Assembly (NCBI GenBank): GCA_964435515.1
Contig: CAYSZD010000001.1
Location: forward strand, 4,026 to 68,025
Source: an uncultured Gammaproteobacteria bacterium
GTDB taxonomy: Bacteria; Patescibacteriota; Patescibacteriia; Patescibacteriales; UBA12465
DNA: 64,000 nt
Direction: 5' to 3'
Positions 35,176 through 43,540 of this stretch are shown piece after piece. Within the stretch, counting starts at the first letter, position 1. Every line of letters begins with the position of its first letter. Position numbers and translations under genes: made by a program. Below the pieces are notes generated by a model, which saw only the letters and a list, made by a program, of their open reading frames with translations, was not told the DNA's origin and searched no databases.

Positions 35176-36541
35176 AATTAAGAGGAATAATAATTGTAAA
35201 TAAACTACCTTCATTAAGCGTACTTGTTACACTTATCTGTCCATTAAATTCTTGTTCGATGATATTTTTTGAAACACTTAATCCTAGACCGGTGTTGTGA
35301 TTACTTGCTAATTTAGTGCTAAAAAAAGTTTGAAATATTTTATTAATATTTTCAGGAGCTATGCCTTTACCTTCATCTTTTACTTTAATAATTGTATTTT
35401 TTTTCATATTATCAAGAGCTAATGTAATGGTAATTTGGTTTTCTTCGTGCTCTTTATAAGATGCGTCGATAGCGTTAGAGATTAGATTCATAATAATTTG
35501 ACTAAAACGAGTGCGATTGCCATTAAGGTATATTTTATCTGTAGATTTAAAATAAATGATGGCCTGTTTGTTTCTTGCTTTAGCTTCCATTATGCTCTTA
35601 ATTTGAGATATCTCTGTATTTAGACAAAAATTATGATTATGTTGATTTCCTCGTAAACAATTATTCGCCGATTCAATTAATTCTTGTATGCGCTTACTAG
35701 CTTTTAAGGCTTGATTAATATATTCCTGAGTTGCTGGTATCACAGAACAGGCTTCTTCTTTCATTTGTTCTAAATTTAAATTAACTACTGTAAGAGGGTT
35801 AATAATGTCATGAAATATTCCACCCGATAGCTGTCCTACACTTGCTAAGGCTTGTAACTGTTCTATCTTTTCCTTTTTCATGCTTAATATTTCTTTTGTG
35901 CGCTGGGCAACTTTTTGTTCTAACTTGTCTTTTTCTAGTTGTAGGGCGATTTTATGTTCTTTTAATTCTTTAAAAGATTCGTGGTTTTCTTTTCCTGTTA
36001 GCCAAATAAGAAATAAAATTATACTACTGATTAATACATAAGAAATAGCATCTGCTAATTGATTCGCTTCTTGCCTCCAGTTATTTGATAGGTCAATTAA
36101 TTGATGCTCTTGTAAATAGGTCAGTATAATAATATTAAGACTAAAAAAACAGCTAATAACTAAAGCTTCTTTAGCGCCAAGAAAAATACTAGCAATAATA
36201 GTAACAAGAATGCTCGCAAGGAGTGCTGCTGGTAAGTCTGCGCCCCAACTATAAAAACAAAAAATAGTTGGTAAAGTATAGGCAATAATGATCATCCAAG
36301 CACTGAGACTTGTTTTATTAGAGTGGGCTAATAAATAAATAATAATAAATAATATTAATATAGATAAAGTATTTATTAAGCTTAGACCTTGATTATTAGG
36401 ATTAATAATAAAGTCGTATATTCTAATTATATTTATACAAATTAATACCAGAACTGATAATAGGGCTGTGCTTTGTACTTTCCTATTAATTTTAGAATTT
36501 TTATTGTTAATAAAAATTATTTGTAGTTTTCTAATAGTCAT
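35162..36541 (-). CDS. Sensor histidine kinase, multi-TM sensor
   Basis: About 6 N-terminal TM helices, a coiled coil, H-box GGIFHDIINPL, N-box LISNAIDA, and G-boxes DEGKGI and GLGLSVS. Confidence 0.88.
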   Translation of the reverse strand: MTIRKLQIIFINNKNSKINRKVQSTALLSVLVLICINIIRIYDFIINPNNQGLSLINTLSILILFIIIYLLAHSNKTSLSAWMIIIAYTLPTIFCFYSWGADLPAALLASILVTIIASIFLGAKEALVISCFFSLNIIILTYLQEHQLIDLSNNWRQEANQLADAISYVLISSIILFLIWLTGKENHESFKELKEHKIALQLEKDKLEQKVAQRTKEILSMKKEKIEQLQALASVGQLSGGIFHDIINPLTVVNLNLEQMKEEACSVIPATQEYINQALKASKRIQELIESANNCLRGNQHNHNFCLNTEISQIKSIMEAKARNKQAIIYFKSTDKIYLNGNRTRFSQIIMNLISNAIDASYKEHEENQITITLALDNMKKNTIIKVKDEGKGIAPENINKIFQTFFSTKLASNHNTGLGLSVSKNIIEQEFNGQISVTSTLNEGSLFTIIIPLNYENN

Positions 36542-36715
36542 AGAAAATGAAAAATGCTCCCCCTTTTTTATTTTAGAGGAAGCATTTAGAGTTTAACTTC
36601 GCCAAGGAGTGCCAGGATTTTGATCTTCTTCGCCTTGATTTTCGTTTTTGTATTTTAACATATTATTTTTTGATGGTTAATTTATTATATTTACAGCCGA
36701 CCTTTGTACATGTAA

Positions 36716-37387
36716 TTAAGCATTAATATCAAGCTTATAGCCTCGTCCGGCTATGTTATGAATCAGTTTTCGACCGTGACAATCAATTTTTTGCCTTAGT
36801 CTCATAATGTGTGTTTCTAGAGTATTGGAAAATAAGTCTGCATCTCCATTCCATACATGTTCTAGGATAATATCGCGAGGAATGATTTTACCAGCATTGA
36901 GCATGAGATATTGTAGCAGGGAAAATTCCTTATTAGTTAGTCTGATCTTTCTATTAGCTCTAAAAACCTTAAATTGACTTACGTCCAGAGTGAGATCGTG
37001 AAATTTAAAGGGTTGGATATTTATATTTTGAGGTCTTCTAGTTAATGCTCTGGTTCTGGCCATGAATTCGTCTGGTGAAAATGGCTTACTAAGATAATCA
37101 TCAGCTCCAGCATCTAGAACATTAATTTTATCAACTAAATTCTGCCTGACACTTAACATTAATATAGGAGTAATAGAGCCATCTAAACGAAGTTCTTTTA
37201 TTAAAGCTAGGCCATCTAATTTGGGGAGACTGTAATCGGTAATAATTAAATCATAGTGATTAGTTCTACCTAAAAAAGAGCCATTTTCACCATCATGACT
37301 TAAATCACAGGCAAAACCAGCTTTTTTAAGTAAGGATGCTAGAAATTGGGCTAATTCAATTTCGTCTTCAATGATAAGTGCTCGCAT
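36716..37387 (-). CDS. OmpR/PhoB-family response regulator
   Basis: Receiver domain (DLIITDYSLPKLDG, KPF) plus a winged-helix output (LTNKEFSLLQYLM...GRGYKL). Confidence 0.93.
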   Translation of the reverse strand: MRALIIEDEIELAQFLASLLKKAGFACDLSHDGENGSFLGRTNHYDLIITDYSLPKLDGLALIKELRLDGSITPILMLSVRQNLVDKINVLDAGADDYLSKPFSPDEFMARTRALTRRPQNINIQPFKFHDLTLDVSQFKVFRANRKIRLTNKEFSLLQYLMLNAGKIIPRDIILEHVWNGDADLFSNTLETHIMRLRQKIDCHGRKLIHNIAGRGYKLDINA

Positions 37388-37443
37388 AAATATTTTATTT
37401 AATTAAATTAATATTTCGCTCCTATTTTATTTTAGCATATTAG

Positions 37444-37465
37444 TGATAACATTTTGATAACATTT
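37444..37465. promoter_or_regulatory. Perfect 11-bp tandem direct repeat (TGATAACATTT x2), candidate OmpR-family response-regulator site
   Basis: TGATAACATTTTGATAACATTT sits in the divergent intergenic region. It ends 9 nt upstream of the -35 of the PBP promoter and overlaps the -35 position of a minus-strand TGcTAAAAT promoter for the regulator gene. Confidence 0.5.
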
Positions 37466-37474
37466 TTTATTTCC

Positions 37475-37503
37475 TTGTCATTTAGCTTGAATCAAGTTAG
37501 AAT
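37475..37503 (+). promoter_or_regulatory. Candidate promoter of the class B PBP gene
   Basis: TTGTCA (37475-37480), 17-nt spacer, TAGAAT (37498-37503). Confidence 0.45.
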
Positions 37504-37516
37504 TAAGTTAGATATT

Positions 37517-39598
37517 ATGAGTAAAAATAAGAAAAAACCTTTCTTTTTAGGTGATATTAAACAAAGAGATGATAATTCTGCTGATCTTTTTAGTATTCAG
37601 GAGGGTTCTTTTCGTTTTGGTCAATTAAAGGATTCTTCATATCATCGTGATTGGACAGAAGATTCTTTTTTGTCTGGTAATCAAGACAAAGAAGCGGTTG
37701 GTCGTACTTTTAATAATAGTCGTCTATTATTCTTAAAGTTTGTGATTATTGTTTTTATGTTTGTTCTTTTAGGTAGGATAGCTTGGTTGCAAATAGTACA
37801 AGGAGCCCATTATTCTCTATTAGCTGAAGGTAATAGAGTGAGGGTAGAGAATTTAGAATCTAAAAGAGGTATTATCTATGATCGTTCTGGTCAAGCCTTG
37901 GTTCGTAATACTGCTAACTTTGTTCTTTTACTTAGACCGATTGATTTACCTAAAGATGAAATGGAAAGAGATACTATGTTGAGATACTTAAGTCACGTTA
38001 TTGATAATTTACCTGAAACACAGCTATCAAGCGCTTCTGGCTCAATTAAATTGGTTTCTGATGGCCCTTCTTTTCAATTAATGAAAGATGCTTTGCTAAA
38101 GGTAAAGCCCTATTCACTTGAAGCATATCAACCTTTATTTATTTTAGATAATTTAGATTATAATACTGCTCTAAGACTTATATTAGAAAAAGAAAATCTA
38201 CCAGGAGTTATATTGGAAGATAAAATTTTAAGAGAATATCCATATACTTTTTCCACCGAAGAGGCTAATAGTGTTTTAAGTTTGTCTCATGTATTGGGAT
38301 ATACAGGAAAAATTAGTGAGGCTGATTTAAAAGATTTAGGTGATAGTTATTCTCTTACTGATTATGTTGGTAAGACAGGGATTGAGTATACCTGGGAACA
38401 TGAGTTAAGAGGGATAAATGGTTATATTAGATATGAAGTTGATGCCTTAGGTAGACGAAAAAAAGTTATTAGTGAGACAATACCTCAGGCAGGCTATAAT
38501 TTAAGATTATCATTAGATTTAAGGTTGCAAACGCAAGCAGAAAATATAACTAAAGCTTGGCTTGAGAAAACCAATACCAAACGAGCTTCTGTGATTATTA
38601 TGGATCCTAGTAATGGTCAAATTCTTGCTTTAGTTAGTTTACCTTCCTATAATAATAATTTGTTTGCTAAAGGGATTAGCCAAAAAGATTATGATAGCTT
38701 TATTCAGGATGAAAACGGTCCCTTATTTAATCGAGCCATTAGTGGTGAGTTTCCTTCAGGTTCAGTTATTAAACCAATAATTGCAGCCGCTGCTTTACAG
38801 GAAAATGTAATCTCAGAAAGTACTAGTTTTCTCAGTAATGGGGGCTTACGTATTGGGCAATGGTTTTTCCCTGATTGGCGCGCTGGTGGTCATGGTATAA
38901 CTGATGTAAGAAAAGCTATCGCAGAGTCAGTTAATACTTTTTTCTATTATATTGGTGGAGGTTATCAAGATTTTATTGGTTTAGGAGTGGATCGCTTGGG
39001 TGAATATATGCGTTTATTTGGTATGGGTGAAAAGAGTGGTATTGATTTAAATAGTGAATCTAAAGGACTTGTGCCCACCAAAGAATGGAAAGAAGAAACT
39101 AAAAATGAAGCCTGGTATATAGGTGATACTTATCATATTGCTATTGGTCAAGGAGATATTTTAGTGTCTCCTTTACAAGTCGTAAATTTTACCTCAGTGA
39201 TAGCTAACGGAGGTTATTTATTCAAGCCAACTTTAGTGCAAGCGCTCTTAGATGAAAATAATAATGTTGTTAAAAATATTGAGCCGGAGATTATCAGAGA
39301 GGGATTTATTAGTGACGATAATTTAAGAATAGTCAGAGAAGGAATGCGTCAGACTGTTACTAGTGGTAGCGCTCGTAGTTTAAGTATTTTACCAGTTAGT
39401 TCAGCTGGTAAAACAGGAACTGCTCAATGGTCTAGTACTAAAGCAAATCATGCCTGGTTTAGTGGTTTTGCTCCTTACGAAAATCCAGTTTTTGCTATTA
39501 CTGTTTTAGTAGAAGAGGGAAAAGAGGGTAGTGAAGTGGCTGTACCTATTGCTCGAGAGATAATGCAATGGTATTTTAGTTCAGAAAATTTAGATTAA
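37517..39598 (+). CDS. Class B penicillin-binding protein (PBP2/FtsI-type transpeptidase)
   Basis: The ATG at 37517 (MSKNKKKPFF) is preferred over the tracked non-ATG start at 37454, which would read through the promoter region. TM anchor; SxxK (GSVIKP), SxN (ESVN) and KTG (GKTGTA) motifs. Confidence 0.88.
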   Translation: MSKNKKKPFFLGDIKQRDDNSADLFSIQEGSFRFGQLKDSSYHRDWTEDSFLSGNQDKEAVGRTFNNSRLLFLKFVIIVFMFVLLGRIAWLQIVQGAHYSLLAEGNRVRVENLESKRGIIYDRSGQALVRNTANFVLLLRPIDLPKDEMERDTMLRYLSHVIDNLPETQLSSASGSIKLVSDGPSFQLMKDALLKVKPYSLEAYQPLFILDNLDYNTALRLILEKENLPGVILEDKILREYPYTFSTEEANSVLSLSHVLGYTGKISEADLKDLGDSYSLTDYVGKTGIEYTWEHELRGINGYIRYEVDALGRRKKVISETIPQAGYNLRLSLDLRLQTQAENITKAWLEKTNTKRASVIIMDPSNGQILALVSLPSYNNNLFAKGISQKDYDSFIQDENGPLFNRAISGEFPSGSVIKPIIAAAALQENVISESTSFLSNGGLRIGQWFFPDWRAGGHGITDVRKAIAESVNTFFYYIGGGYQDFIGLGVDRLGEYMRLFGMGEKSGIDLNSESKGLVPTKEWKEETKNEAWYIGDTYHIAIGQGDILVSPLQVVNFTSVIANGGYLFKPTLVQALLDENNNVVKNIEPEIIREGFISDDNLRIVREGMRQTVTSGSARSLSILPVSSAGKTGTAQWSSTKANHAWFSGFAPYENPVFAITVLVEEGKEGSEVAVPIAREIMQWYFSSENLD

Positions 39599-39632
39599 TT
39601 TTTTTCTAATATTAAATAAATTGTTATATTAA

Positions 39633-39659
39633 TTAGCACTCTATTGACTTGAGTGCTAA
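39633..39659. promoter_or_regulatory. CIRCE operator (HrcA binding site)
   Basis: Perfect TTAGCACTC-N9-GAGTGCTAA. Confidence 0.9.
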
Positions 39660-39672
39660 TTTTGTTTATAAT
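39644..39672 (+). promoter_or_regulatory. Candidate promoter of the hrcA operon, interdigitated with CIRCE
   Basis: TTGACT (39644-39649, inside the CIRCE spacer), 17-nt spacer, TATAAT (39667-39672). Confidence 0.5.
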
Positions 39673-39699
39673 AACTTTAGTTTTTAATCTTATATATTT

Positions 39700-40389
39700 A
39701 TGTCTTTAAGTGAGCGTCAAAAATTAATTCTACGTACTCTTATTAAAGATTATGTTAAAAATGTGCAGCCAGTTTCTTCTGGCTTGTTAGTGGAAAAATA
39801 TAATTTGGATATTTCTCCAGCCACTGTGCGTAATGAGTTGATGTATTTAGAGGAGCAAGGTTATATTTATCAACCTCACACTTCAGCTGGACGAGTGCCG
39901 ACGGCTTTAGCCTATAGCCTGGATTTAGATAATAATTTAAGTAAACATAAGGAGTTAAGAAATAATGATAAAGTAATTTTAGATAGATCATGGGAAGAAT
40001 CTAAGGAAAATTTTAAACCCATGGCTCGTAGTTTGGCTGAATTATCTTCTAATGCTGTTTTTTGGGCTTTTCATAAAAACGATCTATATCACACTGGCTT
40101 GTCTAATTTGTTCTCACAAGTAGAGTTTAAACAAAACGATATAGTGTGTGATGCTTCTCAAGTGATTGATAGGATGGAGGAAATTATTGATGGTTTTTTT
40201 AACGAACTTGATGACGGTGTTAAAGTATTTTTAGGAAATGATAATCCCTTTGGTTCTTTTTTAGGCACTTTAATTTTAAAATATCGTCGACAAGGAACTT
40301 CTGGTTTAGTGGGAATTTTAGGGCCTATACGCATGGATTATCATCACAATCTTTCACTGTTACAATATTTACAAGATAAATTTAAATAA
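39700..40389 (+). CDS. hrcA: Heat-inducible repressor HrcA (short form, 229 aa)
   Basis: N-terminal winged helix (LSERQKLILRTLIKDYV...PVSSGLL...ISPATVRNELMYLEEQGYIYQPHTSAGRVPT) and C-terminal GILGPIRMDY. Sits downstream of CIRCE. Confidence 0.85.
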   Translation: MSLSERQKLILRTLIKDYVKNVQPVSSGLLVEKYNLDISPATVRNELMYLEEQGYIYQPHTSAGRVPTALAYSLDLDNNLSKHKELRNNDKVILDRSWEESKENFKPMARSLAELSSNAVFWAFHKNDLYHTGLSNLFSQVEFKQNDIVCDASQVIDRMEEIIDGFFNELDDGVKVFLGNDNPFGSFLGTLILKYRRQGTSGLVGILGPIRMDYHHNLSLLQYLQDKFK

Positions 40390-40395
40390 TTTTTT

Positions 40396-41034
40396 ATGAC
40401 AGAATTACAAGCAGGTATCTATCAACATTACAAAGGAGGAGAATATCAATTACTCTATGTAGCTGAAAATGAAGCAGATAAGCAAGAAGTAGTGGTGTAC
40501 AAATCTTTAAAAGATAATAAAATATGGACTCGCTCACTTTCAGAATGGAATGAGTTAATAGAAAGAGATGGGGAAAGTGTAAAGCGCTTTGAATATATAA
40601 GGGAATTAGAAGAAGATTCAATGGAGCATAAGTATAAAAGAGCTTTAGCTGATTACCAGAATTTATTAAAAACTTCTTTTAAAGAAAAACAAGATTTTGC
40701 TAAATTTGCTTTAAATAGTTTTTTACAAGATTTATTACCAGTTTACGATCATTTAAAAATGTCTATTAACACTTTGCCGCCTGAAGAACATGAGAATCCT
40801 TGGGTAAAAGGAGTGGAATATGTGTTAAAACAGTTTAAAGACATTTTAAATGATAATGGCGTTAAAGAAATAAAAACCATTGGAGAAAAATTTGATCATA
40901 ATTTTATGGAGGCGATAGAAGGTGAAGGAGAAAAAGTAGTTGCAGAAATTATGCCAGGTTACACTTTGCATGATAGACTTATTCGCCCAGCTAAAGTTAA
41001 GGTGGGCGTTGAGAAAATAAAAAATGAAAAATAA
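40396..41034 (+). CDS. grpE: GrpE nucleotide exchange factor with N-terminal DUF1653-like domain
   Basis: Residues 1-75 (YQHYKGGEYQLLYVAENEADKQEVVVYKSLKDNKIWTRSLSEWNELI) match the DUF1653 pattern. From M76 on the sequence is GrpE-like (LLPVYDHLKMSI, FDHNFMEAI, GYTLHDRLIRPAKVKV). Confidence 0.85.
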   Translation: MTELQAGIYQHYKGGEYQLLYVAENEADKQEVVVYKSLKDNKIWTRSLSEWNELIERDGESVKRFEYIRELEEDSMEHKYKRALADYQNLLKTSFKEKQDFAKFALNSFLQDLLPVYDHLKMSINTLPPEEHENPWVKGVEYVLKQFKDILNDNGVKEIKTIGEKFDHNFMEAIEGEGEKVVAEIMPGYTLHDRLIRPAKVKVGVEKIKNEK

Positions 41035-41097
41035 TTAAGTATTTGTTTTTTTCTATCTACTCTTAATTGGAGTTTTAGAAGAAAACTTGATAAATCT

Positions 41098-41541
41098 ATG
41101 TCTTTAATTAAATGGAATCCATTTTTAAATGACGGTTTTGCTTTCGACGACATGGATAAAGTGTTCGGCGAAATGCTACCAGCTGTAAGGTCTCAACATT
41201 TTGGCTTTACCCCAGCTTTAGATGTATATGAGGATAAAGATAATATTATTATTGAAACTCAATTAGCGGGTATTGATCCAGAAAAAGTTGATATTTCTAT
41301 AGAAAATGACATCCTTTGTATCAAAGGAGAAAGTGAACATAAAAGTGAGGTAGAAGAAAAAAATTATTATCGTAAAGAAATTCGTCGAGGTTCTTTTTAT
41401 CGATCTATTCCTTTGCCAACTAAAGTGAACGGAGATAAAGCTACAGCCATTACTGAAGAAGGCGTGTTAAAAATTACTGTTCCAAAAGAGAAGGAATTAA
41501 AATCAAAAACTATTAAAATACAAACTAATAAGAAAAAATAA
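41098..41541 (+). CDS. Small heat shock protein (Hsp20/alpha-crystallin)
   Basis: Alpha-crystallin domain: PALDVYEDKDNIIIETQLAGIDPEKVDISIEND...GSFYRSIPLP...GVLKITVPK. Confidence 0.9.
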   Translation: MSLIKWNPFLNDGFAFDDMDKVFGEMLPAVRSQHFGFTPALDVYEDKDNIIIETQLAGIDPEKVDISIENDILCIKGESEHKSEVEEKNYYRKEIRRGSFYRSIPLPTKVNGDKATAITEEGVLKITVPKEKELKSKTIKIQTNKKK

Positions 41542-41553
41542 AAATATAATAAT

Positions 41554-43464
41554 ATGGGAAAAATTTTAGGCATTGATCTTGGTACAACAAATTCAGCCAT
41601 GGCTATCATGGAGGGTGGCGTTCCTAAGATACTAGAAAACATTGAAGGCAATCGAACCACTCCTTCAATTGTAGCTATTTCTAAAAGTGGTGAGCGTTTA
41701 GTGGGAGCAGCTGCCAAAAGACAAGCAGTAATTAATCCTGAAAATACTGTTTATGTGGTAAAGAGATTGATTGGTCGTCATTTTAATGATGATGAAGTAC
41801 AAAAAGATTTAAGTTCTATGCCCTATAAGATTGTTCAATCTGGTGAGGGCGTAAAAGTAAAAATGGGAGATAAGGAGTATTCTCCTCAGGAAGCATCAGC
41901 TATGATTTTAGCAAAAATGAAGGCAGATGCAGAAGTAAAAATTGGAGAAAAAATTACTGAAGCAATTATTACCGTACCTGCTTATTTTGATGATTCTCAA
42001 AGACAGGCTACTAAAGATGCGGGGCAGATTGCGGGTTTGGATGTGAAGCGTATTATCAACGAACCAACAGCAGCAGCTTTAGCTTATGGATTTGATAAGA
42101 AGCAGGGACAAAAAATAGTTGTCTATGATTTAGGTGGAGGAACTTTTGATGTTTCAGTTCTTGATATTTCTTCTGATACGGTTGAAGTAAAAGCTACAAA
42201 CGGAGACACTCATTTAGGTGGTGAAGATTTTGATCATCGTATTATTGATTGGATTATTTCAGAATTTAAAAAAGATCAAGGTATCGATTTATCAAAAGAT
42301 ACGCTTGCTTTGCAGAGAATTAAGGAAGCCGCTGAAAAGGTTAAAATTGAATTATCCACTGCTATGGAAAGTGAAATTAATCAACCTTTTATATCTACGG
42401 ATGCTAATGGACCAAAACACTTGGTAATGAAGATGACTCGTTCTAAGCTAGAGTCTTTAGTGGGTGATTTAGTAGAAAAGACTATTGAACCTTGTAAAAA
42501 AGCTTTAAGTGATTCAGGTTTTAGTTTGAATGATATTAATGAAATTGTGATGGTTGGAGGTATGACTAGAATGCCTTTAGTGCAACAAAAGGTAAAGGAA
42601 TTTTTTGGTAAAGAGTCTAACTTAAGTGTTAATCCGGATGAAGTTGTAGCTTTAGGAGCAGCTGTGCAAGCTGGTGTTCTTCAGGGTGACGTTAAAGATG
42701 TATTATTATTAGATGTTACTCCTCTAACGCTAGGTTTAGAAACATTAGGTGGAGTAGCAACTCCTTTAATTGAAAGAAATACCACTATCCCTACTTCTAA
42801 ATCGCAAATTTTTTCCACTGCTGCTGATGGTCAGACTAGTGTTGAAATTCACGTAGTCCAAGGTGAGCGACCAATGGCAGGAGATAATAAATCTTTAGGT
42901 CGTTTTATTCTAGATGGAATTCCCTCATCTCCTCGAGGCGTACCTCAGGTAGAAGTAAAGTTTGATTTAGATGCTAATGGTATTTTAAATGTTAGTGCTA
43001 CTGATAAAGCTACCAATAAACAACAAAAAATTACCATTACTGCTTCTTCTGGTTTATCTAAAGAAGAAATAGAAAAGATGAAAAAAGAAGCTGAAGCTCA
43101 TGCTGAGGAAGATAATAAAAAGAAAGAAGGGGTTGAAATTACCAATCAAGCTGAAGCAGTTATTTTTAGTACTGAGAAAATGATAAAAGAATCAGGTGAT
43201 AAAATGAAAGCAGAGGATAAAAGTGAATTAGAATCTAAATTAGCTGAACTTAAAAAAGCTAAAGAAGAAAATAATGTTGAAAATATAAAGAAAGGCTTGG
43301 AAGCTGTTAATACAGTGGCTCAAAAAATTGGAGCAGCGATGTATCAACAAGCAGGAGCTAATAGTGAGACTACATCAGGAGCTGATAATGCAAATAATAA
43401 AGATGATGATAAGAAAAAAGAAGATGATGCTGTTGTTGAGGGTGAAGTGGAAGAGAATAAATAA
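41554..43464 (+). CDS. dnaK: Chaperone DnaK (Hsp70)
   Basis: [22 protein letters not shown] and [10 protein letters not shown] signatures; 636 aa. Confidence 0.98.
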   Translation: MGKILGIDLGTTNSAMAIMEGGVPKILENIEGNRTTPSIVAISKSGERLVGAAAKRQAVINPENTVYVVKRLIGRHFNDDEVQKDLSSMPYKIVQSGEGVKVKMGDKEYSPQEASAMILAKMKADAEVKIGEKITEAIITVPAYFDDSQRQATKDAGQIAGLDVKRIINEPTAAALAYGFDKKQGQKIVVYDLGGGTFDVSVLDISSDTVEVKATNGDTHLGGEDFDHRIIDWIISEFKKDQGIDLSKDTLALQRIKEAAEKVKIELSTAMESEINQPFISTDANGPKHLVMKMTRSKLESLVGDLVEKTIEPCKKALSDSGFSLNDINEIVMVGGMTRMPLVQQKVKEFFGKESNLSVNPDEVVALGAAVQAGVLQGDVKDVLLLDVTPLTLGLETLGGVATPLIERNTTIPTSKSQIFSTAADGQTSVEIHVVQGERPMAGDNKSLGRFILDGIPSSPRGVPQVEVKFDLDANGILNVSATDKATNKQQKITITASSGLSKEEIEKMKKEAEAHAEEDNKKKEGVEITNQAEAVIFSTEKMIKESGDKMKAEDKSELESKLAELKKAKEENNVENIKKGLEAVNTVAQKIGAAMYQQAGANSETTSGADNANNKDDDKKKEDDAVVEGEVEENK

Positions 43465-43482
43465 TTTTGTTTTTCTTCGAGT

Positions 43483-43510
43483 GGCCCTTGCTATTATAGC
43501 AAGGGCCTTT
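43483..43510 (+). terminator. Strong GC-rich hairpin between dnaK and dnaJ (partial terminator/processing site)
   Basis: GGCCCTTGCT/AGCAAGGGCC 10-bp perfect stem with a 5-nt loop. Only TTT follows. Confidence 0.5.
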
Positions 43511-43540
43511 GGCTAGAATAACAAAAGTGATAATAATTTT

